Shown: positions 48,076-57,433 of the stretch, one piece after another
Layout: every line of letters begins with the position of its first letter
Position numbering within the stretch: position 1 is the first letter of the stretch
Origin: a virus
IMG/VR virus record: IMGVR_UViG_3300044846_000719
Coordinates: 32,657-96,656 of that record
Length of the DNA stretch: 64,000 nt
Strand: one strand, 5' to 3'
Translations under genes and position numbers: made by a program
Notes under the pieces: generated by a model
What the model saw: only the letters and a program-made list of their open reading frames with translations
Told to the model about the DNA's origin: nothing
The model's database searches: none

Positions 48076-48378
48076 TTATTTACTTACAATATAGGACAAA
48101 GTACCAGTTCCTGATACAGAGATTGTTGCTGGATCTATTACATCAATAGTAAAACCGGACTTATCTGGAATTACAATAGAGGCACCACCATTTACTGATA
48201 CATTCACATTAGCGCCAGTAGTATTAAGTAAAGTTACATATACTGCTGATTCAGAAGTTAAAGGTGTAAGAGCACCAGTTAAAACAACTGACCGGCTAAT
48301 ATCATTACCACGTCTTACAGCATTATATAACCTCTCAATGAGGGATCTGGTCCAAACTTCAAAACTTTTAGTTAACAT
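48076..48378 (-). CDS. Small beta-rich structural protein
   Basis: 100-aa ORF in the operon with a beta-strand-rich C-terminal half. Confidence 0.5.
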   Translation of the reverse strand: MLTKSFEVWTRSLIERLYNAVRRGNDISRSVVLTGALTPLTSESAVYVTLLNTTGANVNVSVNGGASIVIPDKSGFTIDVIDPATISVSGTGTLSYIVSK

Positions 48379-48398
48379 CGTTTTATTATTTTAAATTA

Positions 48399-48845
48399 TT
48401 ATGGGGTGCAAGGTGATCCTGTAATTACGGTTAATCCACCGGTATTAGTATAAGGTCCACCAAAGCCATTACTTAAACATAGTGGTCCTTCTGTATCACC
48501 ATTAGGTACACTAATAGTAACTGTATTTAATGGATCACTACATAGTATGTATTCTAATGTTTGTGCGCTACCTGTAGAATTTGTAAAAGTATATTCTTGA
48601 CAGTCATTTAAATCTGACTGTACTTCATTACCGGCAGCATATACACCGTCACCACAGTAAGATTGTACTTCTACATCATATGTAACACCGCTAGTTAAAC
48701 CAGTAATACTAAATTCTTCAGGAGATAATCCCGTAGTAGGATATATTATTTCTATAAAGCTAATAGCTGTACTTTCCTTATACCTAATTTTATATTGTAA
48801 TGGTACAGGAACCGGGGGTGTAAATGTTATAAATAAAGTGCTCAT
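48399..48845 (-). CDS. Fibronectin type III-like structural protein with Cys-containing C-terminal module
   Basis: YKIRYK...ITGLTSGVTYDVEVQSYC FN3 signature. Confidence 0.65.
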   Translation of the reverse strand: MSTLFITFTPPVPVPLQYKIRYKESTAISFIEIIYPTTGLSPEEFSITGLTSGVTYDVEVQSYCGDGVYAAGNEVQSDLNDCQEYTFTNSTGSAQTLEYILCSDPLNTVTISVPNGDTEGPLCLSNGFGGPYTNTGGLTVITGSPCTP

Positions 48846-49375
48846 ACTGTTAATGTTTTAAAGCTTAAGGTAATAGATGTACAACAATCTGGTGAGGCTA
48901 CTGTGCTTGATTTAATTCTTACATAGTAAGTTGTATTAGCTAGTAAGTTAATGATTGTCCATTGAGTGTAAGTACTAGCTAATGCTACCTGTACAACTCC
49001 GGATGCAAATGTTGGATCTATACTATACTCTAATTTAACTGCAGTAATAGCAGCCGGAGCAGGAGGATAAGACCAGAATACAGTTCCTTCAGTAGTTTTA
49101 ATATCTAAGATTTCAAAATCTTTAATACTTTGACAAGCAGCTGTAGGATCATAACAACTAGGATTAGTTAAATACAAAGCCATCTTTTTGATGACTGTAT
49201 CTAATCTATCATTTGTATTAATACCTAAAGTATAAATGTTATTGCCAGTATACTTAACGCATTCAAAAGCGGTTATCTCTTCACAGGGTTCTGCATTATT
49301 ACATACAGTGGTTACCGGTGACGTAAGTGCGGTTTCAGTACATCCGCACGGGGTTGCTATACAATTGCAGCTCAT
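48842..49375 (-). CDS. Cys-rich structural protein with C-terminal FN3-like domain
   Basis: 11 Cys; IINLLANTTYYVRIKS FN3 signature. Confidence 0.65.
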   Translation of the reverse strand: MSCNCIATPCGCTETALTSPVTTVCNNAEPCEEITAFECVKYTGNNIYTLGINTNDRLDTVIKKMALYLTNPSCYDPTAACQSIKDFEILDIKTTEGTVFWSYPPAPAAITAVKLEYSIDPTFASGVVQVALASTYTQWTIINLLANTTYYVRIKSSTVASPDCCTSITLSFKTLTV

Positions 49376-49379
49376 AGTT

Positions 49380-50897
49380 TTAGTTAATTAAATATGCTTC
49401 TACGCCAGTTGGAGATACACAACCAGTATTGATAATTGAAATCAATTGCTTAGGACAAGTACGTACAACTACTGGAATACGATCTACTAAAGCAGTATCA
49501 ATTATCTGTATTTCAAAATAATAGTTACCCAAAGTTAATCCACTTACTGTACCAGTTACAGGATTTGGTAATAATGTTGCTGCATTAGTATCAAAAGTAG
49601 ACACTAAAGCTAATGTAGCATCATATACATTTAACCTATAAGAAGTTGTAGGACTAGTAATAAAGAGGTTTGTAAATGAGTATTGAATTTCTCCAATACC
49701 AAATACATAACTAGAGGTAAGAGTTACAGTAGGACATCCTACAGTATTGATTACCGGGAATGTAATAGTATTCTGACAAGTTAAATCATTTGTACCATTG
49801 AAGAAACAATAGCTAACTGATACAGTAAAGTCTTCAGCTAAGTTCAAAGAAGAACTAGAGAGATCAAAGTCTCTAGAAGAACTACCATCTAAAATACCAA
49901 GAATGTTTGAGAAGACATAAGTAGCACTATTAAAACTAGTATCTGCAATAGTAATAGTAGAACTCGGTGATGCACATTGTACAAACTGAGTAGGTACTAC
50001 ACTTCCAGGATTTACAAAAATGCTCAATGTACTACCATCTAGTACACCAAAGAATCCTAAATCAATATCAGCACATGTCTTATTGCAGCAATCTTGTAAC
50101 TGAGTTACTAAACCACGCATATCACAAAGTGTGATCCAAATATTATTAATTGTATCTGCTAATGTACTTACAGTTACTTTCCAATCAGGATAGGCAGAAG
50201 CCATTGTACCGGGTAAAGAAAGTGCTGGTTGATTAGTGATATCACAGAAAGGAACAATCTCTGCCGCTAATTCTGCAGGTGTTCCGGTAATTGATTCTAA
50301 ATCACATAACTCTTGTTCTACAGTTGCAAGTATAGTTGCTAAACTAGCAGTACCTACACCAAGACAAACATAAGCAGAATTTATAGGAGCGTAAGTTGCC
50401 GGTAATGTAGCTAGCGTATTATTAATTGTAGTAATACTTGTAGCTTGTGAAGAAACAACACTTGATAAAGTTCCTACAGTTCCCTCTAAATCACATAACT
50501 CCAAACCAATTAACTCTGCATAACTTACTACATCTAAAGTAGTACCCCCGGCTTCAGCTTGTAAACAAGGAGCCACATCACAGATAAGACTGATAGGGGA
50601 TGGGATAACTATATCATTTACAATAGTATAGAGATCACATAGTTTAGTGGTAATAAATTGGATTAAATCATTGTAATTATCATACGTTCCACCACCTAAA
50701 CATGCAACATTTACAGTTACTTCAGCGGCTCTAGTATCAATATCACATACCAACTCTCCAAGTTTAGCTATTACGTCAGTAACAGTATCCCCTTTACATA
50801 ATCCAATACATGGAATATCCGGGCCTTGCCAAGATACACAGTTTGAAGATACTACACTACAAGGTGTACTTTTGTTGTTTGATCCTACAGGTAACAT
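49380..50897 (-). CDS. Cys-rich structural (fibre-base/hub-like) protein
   Basis: Start probably MLPVGSN at 50897; about 23 Cys; SSNCVSWQGPDIPCIGLCKGD motif, helical middle, Ig/FN3-like C-terminus. Confidence 0.6.
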   Translation of the reverse strand: MLPVGSNNKSTPCSVVSSNCVSWQGPDIPCIGLCKGDTVTDVIAKLGELVCDIDTRAAEVTVNVACLGGGTYDNYNDLIQFITTKLCDLYTIVNDIVIPSPISLICDVAPCLQAEAGGTTLDVVSYAELIGLELCDLEGTVGTLSSVVSSQATSITTINNTLATLPATYAPINSAYVCLGVGTASLATILATVEQELCDLESITGTPAELAAEIVPFCDITNQPALSLPGTMASAYPDWKVTVSTLADTINNIWITLCDMRGLVTQLQDCCNKTCADIDLGFFGVLDGSTLSIFVNPGSVVPTQFVQCASPSSTITIADTSFNSATYVFSNILGILDGSSSRDFDLSSSSLNLAEDFTVSVSYCFFNGTNDLTCQNTITFPVINTVGCPTVTLTSSYVFGIGEIQYSFTNLFITSPTTSYRLNVYDATLALVSTFDTNAATLLPNPVTGTVSGLTLGNYYFEIQIIDTALVDRIPVVVRTCPKQLISIINTGCVSPTGVEAYLIN

Positions 50898-50911
50898 AGT
50901 TATATAAAAAA

Positions 50912-50950
50912 TATAGTGCACACTGGTATAGTGTACACTATAATATAAGA
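50912..50950. promoter_or_regulatory. 16-bp palindrome TATAGTGTACACTATA overlapping the late-type promoter motif, with a near-duplicate
   Basis: Perfect palindrome at 50927-50942; tatagtgcacact at 50912-50924 versus tatagtgtacact at 50927-50939. Confidence 0.5.
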
Positions 50951-50983
50951 AAAGTTTCTAACAAAATCAAAACTATTAATTGC

Positions 50984-51427
50984 TTATTCAGCAACTAATA
51001 ACTTTAAAAACACTGGGCAGTTACCTGCAGTCTCAATACTCTCTACATCAGCAAGAGTTAAAGGCTTGTAACTAAACTCTTTTTCTTGATCTAATAATGC
51101 ACCAAATTCATTTTGAAACTCAATAAACTTTGGGTTCATCTTCTGAATCTTCTGACCATCTACCTCTTCTTCTACATAAGCCATCAACTGGATATTACCA
51201 TCTTCAGTGGCTTCACCATACTTACCTACTAACTCATCACGCAATTTGTCAATTGCAGTTTTTTCCTCAGCGGCTTGCTTACCAATGTGGTTTAACCAAT
51301 ACCTAGTGGTTAATGACATTTTTTCATTAAGAATACCTTTGTACTCAGACTCAGGATTTTGGGCGTTACCATATAATTCAATGGCAAGGCTTAAGAATTC
51401 AGCTAATTTAAGATTAATTTTTTCCAT
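50984..51427 (-). CDS. Fibre-associated helical protein (DUF1617-like)
   Basis: 147 aa; RDELVGKYG...KFIEFQNEFGALLDQE pattern typical of genes following phage fibres; TATATTTG at 51433-51440. Confidence 0.55.
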   Translation of the reverse strand: MEKINLKLAEFLSLAIELYGNAQNPESEYKGILNEKMSLTTRYWLNHIGKQAAEEKTAIDKLRDELVGKYGEATEDGNIQLMAYVEEEVDGQKIQKMNPKFIEFQNEFGALLDQEKEFSYKPLTLADVESIETAGNCPVFLKLLVAE

Positions 51428-51482
51428 GATAGCAAATATAACACAATGTATACCAATATAACAATACTGTCAGATTGACATT

Positions 51483-54400
51483 TTATGCTAATAATATTTT
51501 ATAGTCTACACCATTAATCTTAACATTCCAAACCTTAGTAGAAGTATTTGCTTCTGTTGTTACAGTACCTGCATTTGTTGTTGTACTACCTACTACAAAT
51601 TGATTGTCTGCGGTTGCCCTTGCATTTCTTCCAAGCAAAACACATCCCGAATTTCCGTCTGTTCTACATCCCGCACCTAAAGCACTATTAGAACTACCCG
51701 TACTAAAATCTAAAGACGATTCACCAACTGCGGTATTATGAGTGCCAATTATATTAAATCTTAATGCGGCAGAACCCACTGCGACGTTATTAGCACCCGT
51801 AGTGTTTGATTGTAGAGACCTTTCGCCTATTGCCGTATTATATGATGCCGATGTATTAGAAAACAATGCAGCATTTCCAAGAGCAGTATTATTAATGCCA
51901 TTCACATTATTTGACATTGATATATATCCGATACTTGTATTACTTGTACCCGTCGTATTTATTGGTAATGCGCCTACTCCAATCGCAGAATTATTACTAC
52001 CCGTTGTATTCGCACCTAACGCACTTGAGCCTAATGCAATATTGTTAGCACCCGTAGTATTTACATCTAACGCTTGAAATCCTACTGCGGTGTTGTCGCT
52101 ACCCGTAGAAAGCCTCAACGCTTGATAACCGATTGCAGTAATGCCTGTTCCGCTTGTGTTAGTTGTGGCTGCTTCGTACCCTACTGCGGTGTTGTTGTCA
52201 GCGGTGTTGTTTAATAATGCACTTGTACCTAATCCTATATTTTGAATACCTACTGAATTCATACGTAATGCGTTTATGCCTAAAGCAACATTACTCGTAC
52301 CCGTTGTGTTGAATCTTAACGCTTGATAACCATGTGCAGTATTACTACTTCCCGTTGTGTTTAATTGCATTGATTGATAACCAATACTACTATTAAATGA
52401 ACCCGTTGTATTATTGTTCATTGATTGAGTGCCAACTGAAACATTGGTATTCCCCGTTGTATTATTAGGCAAAGCAGAATGTCCAATCGCAACATTATTA
52501 ATCCCTGTAGAGTTATTACTTAATGCTCCATATCCTAAACCAACATTATAACTACCCGTGGTATTTTGCCGTAAGGCATCAAAACCTATTGCAACATTTT
52601 CAATTCCAATAGTATTAAATGTTAAAGAACGTAACCCTACTGCGGTATTCTCGCTACCCGTGGTATTTGAAACTAACGCAGAATTACCTACCGCAGTGTT
52701 GTTAGCACCCGTTGAAAGCCTCAACGCTTGATAACCTATAGCAGTTACACCCGTTCCGCTTGTGTTACTAAACGCTGCTTGATAACCTACTGCGGTGTTA
52801 TTGGATGCGGTGTTGGCTGATAAAGATTCATAACCTATAGCAACATTGTTTGTACCTGTTGTATTAAATTGTAAAGCATAACTACCAATACCCACATTGT
52901 TAAAACCTGTAGTATTTCTTCCTAATGTAAAAAATCCAAATGCTGAGTTAAAATACCCCGAAGTATTAGCACTTAAAGAACTAAAACCAGTAGAAGTGTT
53001 ATTATACCCATCTACGTTAAATCTTAAAGAACCTGCACCAACCGCAGTATTTTGTACACCCGTTGTAGTATTTTGTAAAGAATTAGTACCAAATGCTGAA
53101 TTGTAATTTCCTGTTGTATTACTACTTAATGCTGAAGAACCTACTGCTGTAATTTGTATTGCTGTAGTATTACTTAGCCCTGCTTGATGCCCTACTGCTG
53201 TATTGTTTGAGGCGGTGTTGTTATTTAATGCCTGATAACCTATTGCTGTGTTATTGCCTCCTGTGCTATTACTCAACATGGAATCTCTACCAATAGAAAT
53301 GTTATTGTTGCCCGACAAATTAGAAGCCAAAGCATTTACGCCAATACCTATATTACTTTCACCAATAGTATTTGTAGAAAGGGAAAAAGCACCAACGGCA
53401 ACGTTACTATTTGCTGTTGTATTAGATTGCAATGCATTATGACCTAAAGCGGTTAAAAACGTTCCTGTTGTATTGTTATACGCTGCTTGAACACCAACTG
53501 CGACATTATTAGAGGCGGTATTATTGCGTAAGGCCTGAGAACCTATAGCAACATTATTTGTTGCTGTGGTATTAAATAATAAAGTTTCGTGTCCTAAAGA
53601 TGTATTATCAGTTCCAGTAGTGTTTCTTAACAACGCTTGATTACCTACGGCTGTATTATTTGAACCTGTTGTATTCAAGTACAAAGATTGATTACCTATT
53701 GCAGTTAAATTAGTTGCTGTTGAATTTGTATAACCTGCCTGATATCCTACGGCTGTATTATAGTTTCCATTATTTAATCGTAATGATTCAGTACCTATAG
53801 CAGTATTAGATAGTCCTGTACTATTGGTTAATAAAGCACTTAAACCTACAGATACGTTATATGTACCTGTAGTATTGTTTCGTGATGCATTATATCCTAA
53901 AGCCGTATTATTATTTGCGTTATTAGTAAATAAAGAACCATAACCTACAGATGTATTATTTGCACCTACAATATTAGTGTTTGATGATTGATAACCAATA
54001 GCAGTATTACCACCAGCAGTAGTATTACTCAAAAGTGCATCCACACCTACAGCCACGTTTTGTGTTCCGCTTGTGTTTGCCCTAAGTGAACGATAACCCA
54101 AAGCCGTATTGTTGCTGTTGGTGTTGTTCTCCATAGCTAAATAACCCAAAGCAGTGTTGCCGGTACCAGTTACATTTAATGTTAAAGCATTTTTACCTAC
54201 TGCTGTATTACCACCACCTATTGTAACAGATGTCAAAGCATCATTACCAAAAGCAGTATTATTATTGGCAGTAGTATTACTATCTAATGCGTTAGTACCA
54301 AATGCTGTGTTTGTAGCAACGTTACCGGCTCCAGTATTTGTAACTGAAGTAGTGGATATCTGTAATGCAGAACTTGTATTAGCACCATCCTTTACAAATT

Positions 54401-54728
54401 GTAATGTACCGGATAATGGATTGTCTACTTTTAATAATCCAACCGGAGGTGTATATGTATTAGAGATAGTAAGAAGATCATTTAGATCATCATATACTAT
54501 AGCAATACCTGTACCGGCAACTAAAAATGCAGCAACAGTATCCATAATAATCTCTGGATTAATACTAGAGCCTATTACGTATGCTAAGTTCTCTACAGTG
54601 ATTTTACGGGTTACTCCTAAAGAACCGTTAGGGGCTATCTCTCCTACTGAAACAATAGGGATTACATCATACTGTCCATCTACACCTGCTGGAAGTAATG
54701 CATTTAATTGGGTTATTGAACTGCTCAT
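51483..54728 (-). CDS. Long fibre with extensive 14/28-aa NTTGxxNxAxGxxAL beta-helix repeats
   Basis: 1081 aa; about 900 aa of tandem repeats; C-terminal VKINGVDYKILLA. Confidence 0.8.
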   Translation of the reverse strand: MSSSITQLNALLPAGVDGQYDVIPIVSVGEIAPNGSLGVTRKITVENLAYVIGSSINPEIIMDTVAAFLVAGTGIAIVYDDLNDLLTISNTYTPPVGLLKVDNPLSGTLQFVKDGANTSSALQISTTSVTNTGAGNVATNTAFGTNALDSNTTANNNTAFGNDALTSVTIGGGNTAVGKNALTLNVTGTGNTALGYLAMENNTNSNNTALGYRSLRANTSGTQNVAVGVDALLSNTTAGGNTAIGYQSSNTNIVGANNTSVGYGSLFTNNANNNTALGYNASRNNTTGTYNVSVGLSALLTNSTGLSNTAIGTESLRLNNGNYNTAVGYQAGYTNSTATNLTAIGNQSLYLNTTGSNNTAVGNQALLRNTTGTDNTSLGHETLLFNTTATNNVAIGSQALRNNTASNNVAVGVQAAYNNTTGTFLTALGHNALQSNTTANSNVAVGAFSLSTNTIGESNIGIGVNALASNLSGNNNISIGRDSMLSNSTGGNNTAIGYQALNNNTASNNTAVGHQAGLSNTTAIQITAVGSSALSSNTTGNYNSAFGTNSLQNTTTGVQNTAVGAGSLRFNVDGYNNTSTGFSSLSANTSGYFNSAFGFFTLGRNTTGFNNVGIGSYALQFNTTGTNNVAIGYESLSANTASNNTAVGYQAAFSNTSGTGVTAIGYQALRLSTGANNTAVGNSALVSNTTGSENTAVGLRSLTFNTIGIENVAIGFDALRQNTTGSYNVGLGYGALSNNSTGINNVAIGHSALPNNTTGNTNVSVGTQSMNNNTTGSFNSSIGYQSMQLNTTGSSNTAHGYQALRFNTTGTSNVALGINALRMNSVGIQNIGLGTSALLNNTADNNTAVGYEAATTNTSGTGITAIGYQALRLSTGSDNTAVGFQALDVNTTGANNIALGSSALGANTTGSNNSAIGVGALPINTTGTSNTSIGYISMSNNVNGINNTALGNAALFSNTSASYNTAIGERSLQSNTTGANNVAVGSAALRFNIIGTHNTAVGESSLDFSTGSSNSALGAGCRTDGNSGCVLLGRNARATADNQFVVGSTTTNAGTVTTEANTSTKVWNVKINGVDYKILLA

Positions 54729-54979
54729 ATCAAGATTCTATTACCATCCTCTAGTAAGAGGTAGTTGTCAGGAATAATTACTGAATTACCTAAAAGGTTA
54801 GGTTGTAATAGGGCATTCATATCACACAACTCTTTGTTGTAGATATCAATCTCCCAGTTTTCATCACAGCATGTTGCAATGCCGTATTTCATCCTCTTAA
54901 ATAATGTGTAGATAGCCTCAGCGTATTTTACGTTGATTGATTCTGATCCACAGGTGTAACAACTGCTACATGCTTCCAT
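54725..54979 (-). CDS. Small Cys-containing structural protein
   Basis: 84 aa; KYGIATCC and C-terminal LLLEDG motif; stop overlaps the fibre start. Confidence 0.55.
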   Translation of the reverse strand: MEACSSCYTCGSESINVKYAEAIYTLFKRMKYGIATCCDENWEIDIYNKELCDMNALLQPNLLGNSVIIPDNYLLLEDGNRILI

Positions 54980-55122
54980 TCTATTTTTTGTTTAAGTTGT
55001 TGTTCATAGTTAGTAATACAAGTACTACAAACTCTTGTTCCATTACTTGCGGTTCTTAATTGGCATCCACAGGATAACTGGGTGCCGCAACTTGGACATT
55101 TCATATTAGATCTTACAGCCAT
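54928..55122 (-). CDS. Small Cys-rich (zinc-finger-like) protein
   Basis: CPSCGTQLSCGCQ...CSTC in 64 aa. Confidence 0.6.
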   Translation of the reverse strand: MAVRSNMKCPSCGTQLSCGCQLRTASNGTRVCSTCITNYEQQLKQKIEWKHVAVVTPVDQNQST

Positions 55123-55126
55123 TGGT

Positions 55127-55675
55127 TTAGTGACAATATGCGCAAGAGAGCTTATCTAGTTGAGCTAATGCATAATTGTAGATTGCCATACCTTGATCGT
55201 TGTTATGACAGAACTCTACTTTTGCTTTTGCACCATCCAACATAGATCTTAATAACCTTAATCTAGTAAGCTTATCTCTCTCTGGTTGCAGGGGTTCACA
55301 GCCGGATAAATTAACATTACAATAGATATTATAATATTTATTTACAGCAACTGTAATACGAAGATAATTATATTCTACGAAAACTTTATCATTTGGTGCT
55401 ACACTATAACGGATTACATATATACCATCTGGTAATGCTGTAAGAACAGTATCACAGTTAGTAGTTTGAATACCTAATGAGCATGCTGTTACTAGTGTCT
55501 CTCCACCTTGCACCATAGTAAGCGTCACAGGCTCTGTAAAGCCGGGAACTAGGATTTGTAGAGTAGGACATGCTACAGCTAATTCAGTGCTGTATACGCT
55601 TGTATCTACAACTCTTAATACGTTAACATTAAGGGTGTCAGGAATATCTAAACTAAGAATGTGTTTGTTTGCCAT
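55127..55675 (-). CDS. Conserved structural protein (tail hub/ring-like)
   Basis: 182 aa; LPDGIYVIRYSVAP motif with helical Cys-containing C-terminus; first gene after a late-type promoter. Confidence 0.55.
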   Translation of the reverse strand: MANKHILSLDIPDTLNVNVLRVVDTSVYSTELAVACPTLQILVPGFTEPVTLTMVQGGETLVTACSLGIQTTNCDTVLTALPDGIYVIRYSVAPNDKVFVEYNYLRITVAVNKYYNIYCNVNLSGCEPLQPERDKLTRLRLLRSMLDGAKAKVEFCHNNDQGMAIYNYALAQLDKLSCAYCH

Positions 55676-55729
55676 AATTGTGTAAGTAAGAATAACTACT
55701 CATATATAATTTAGTCATTATTTCCAAAT

Positions 55730-55766
55730 AAAAAAAGGGGAAGATTTCTCCTCCCCTTCTTTTTTA
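55730..55766. terminator. Bidirectional rho-independent terminator
   Basis: aaaaaaagggga...tccccttctttttt immediately after the 532-aa gene. Confidence 0.8.
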
Positions 55767-55779
55767 TGATACGCTTAAA

Positions 55780-57378
55780 TTATTTTACGAAAAGTAAGCC
55801 GTTATTTACTAAATCAGAACGACCAGCAGCAGCTAAAATTTCAGCTAAATCTGATTCAAATCCACCAGCAGCATTCTGACGAGCAGAAGTAATGATGTGT
55901 AAAGTGTACTGATCGTTATCAAATGTACCAGTTGGGTTGTTGAAACGAGGTACACTGTGTTGGATAACATATCTAAAGTAACTAGCAGTACGGCTAATAG
56001 CCTGTAAAGGAGCATCACCCAAAGTAATCTCACGGATACGTGGATCATCATTCCAGTTGTTTTGACGGTATCTTTCAGATAAGATCAAGTCACGTACTAC
56101 AGTTTCTCCGTAGCCTTCACCTTGAATACCTAAAACAGGACCTAAACCAGCAGTTGCAGGATCATTAGCAAGACCAGAACCACGCTTAACACACAAACTT
56201 TGGAAGATACAAGGATCACCAGACTCATCTACTTCAGAAGCATAAACCTGAATAGGCTCTTTTTCAAAGTAGTCAGTAGGCTCAAATGAACAATCTCCAA
56301 AACGAGTGTCAACATAAGCACCAGCTAAAATCAAACCAGCACATACATCAGCAGCAGTAACACCAGCAGGAGTTACATAAGTATCCCAAGCAGAAGTAGT
56401 AATAACAACACCATTGATAGTTACGTTACCACCAGCTTTACTCCAATAAGTCCAAACAGAAGTTGTTGGATTTAAAATTTGAACAACAGGTTGTACAAAA
56501 GGAGAGAGAATTGGGTTAGCATTATCAAAAGGAAGAGTTTGAGTTCCGGCAATTTGTTTAGCCCAACCAATGAATACAAAAGCAGGATTTACTTGGTTAG
56601 GAGTAGTGCTAGAGCAACATCCAGTGTAGTAAGATAATACTTGGTAAGCATTGTGATTCAAGAAACGCAAAGCAGGACTTCCTTTAATATCTACACGCAA
56701 ATAGTAAGTTTCGCCACACAAGAAGTCTGGACAAATACAGCTATAAGGAGCAGCAGCAGTAGTAGAAGTTTGACCTACATAAGTAACAGCTTGGCTAGCA
56801 GTCTTAGGAGCAACAACATAAGCATCTTTAATGTACTTAGGGTTGATTACTTTAGACTTGTTAGATTCAGCATAGCCACCATGAAAAGGTCCAACCTTAT
56901 CAGTAGTAGGAGTTAAACTAGAGCTTGCAAAGATGAAAGGCTTACCGGTTTCAGCACCAATGATACCACTAGCAGAAGTAATGTTTTTGAAAGTCTTAGC
57001 ATCATACAAACCGTAGTTACCTAAAGTACCAGCACCAGTTAATTGAGCATAAGTGTCAACACCAGAAGTAGTAGGAGTAATAACTACAGTAGGAGCTACT
57101 GAGTAACCACTTCCACCAGTAGCAACAGCAATAGTATTAAGACCAGTACCAGTTAAAGTAACTGCGCCAACAGTTGCACCAGTACCATTACCACCAACTA
57201 AGGTTACATTTACTTGACCACTAACATAGTTAATACCCGCAGTAGTTACAGTAATTGCAGTTACAACACCACCAGCAGAAATAGTAGCAATAGCCACGGC
57301 TCCACTACCAGTAGCAGAACCCGATTGATAAGTGCCTGTAGCAACAAACACTTTCTGAAAAGAATGATTAAAATACAT
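55780..57378 (-). CDS. Abundant structural protein (auxiliary capsid protein-like) with inserted Gly/Thr-rich domain
   Basis: 532 aa; own promoter-like motif and terminator; strongly biased codons (GCT/ACT/GGT); PRFNNPTGTFDNDQY C-terminus. Confidence 0.55.
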   Translation of the reverse strand: MYFNHSFQKVFVATGTYQSGSATGSGAVAIATISAGGVVTAITVTTAGINYVSGQVNVTLVGGNGTGATVGAVTLTGTGLNTIAVATGGSGYSVAPTVVITPTTSGVDTYAQLTGAGTLGNYGLYDAKTFKNITSASGIIGAETGKPFIFASSSLTPTTDKVGPFHGGYAESNKSKVINPKYIKDAYVVAPKTASQAVTYVGQTSTTAAAPYSCICPDFLCGETYYLRVDIKGSPALRFLNHNAYQVLSYYTGCCSSTTPNQVNPAFVFIGWAKQIAGTQTLPFDNANPILSPFVQPVVQILNPTTSVWTYWSKAGGNVTINGVVITTSAWDTYVTPAGVTAADVCAGLILAGAYVDTRFGDCSFEPTDYFEKEPIQVYASEVDESGDPCIFQSLCVKRGSGLANDPATAGLGPVLGIQGEGYGETVVRDLILSERYRQNNWNDDPRIREITLGDAPLQAISRTASYFRYVIQHSVPRFNNPTGTFDNDQYTLHIITSARQNAAGGFESDLAEILAAAGRSDLVNNGLLFVK

Positions 57379-57433
57379 AATTTTTTTTTATTTTATAAAG
57401 TTATACAAATAGATACACTAATATTATAATGAA

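Noticed and set aside
51600-54330. CRISPR-like array
   Set aside because: The repeats are degenerate, in-frame codon-level protein repeats with no fixed repeat-spacer structure.
55780-57378. Major capsid protein or tail sheath
   Set aside because: No recognisable crAss MCP motifs; the podovirus-type tail genes argue against a sheath, and synteny places the MCP beyond the right edge.
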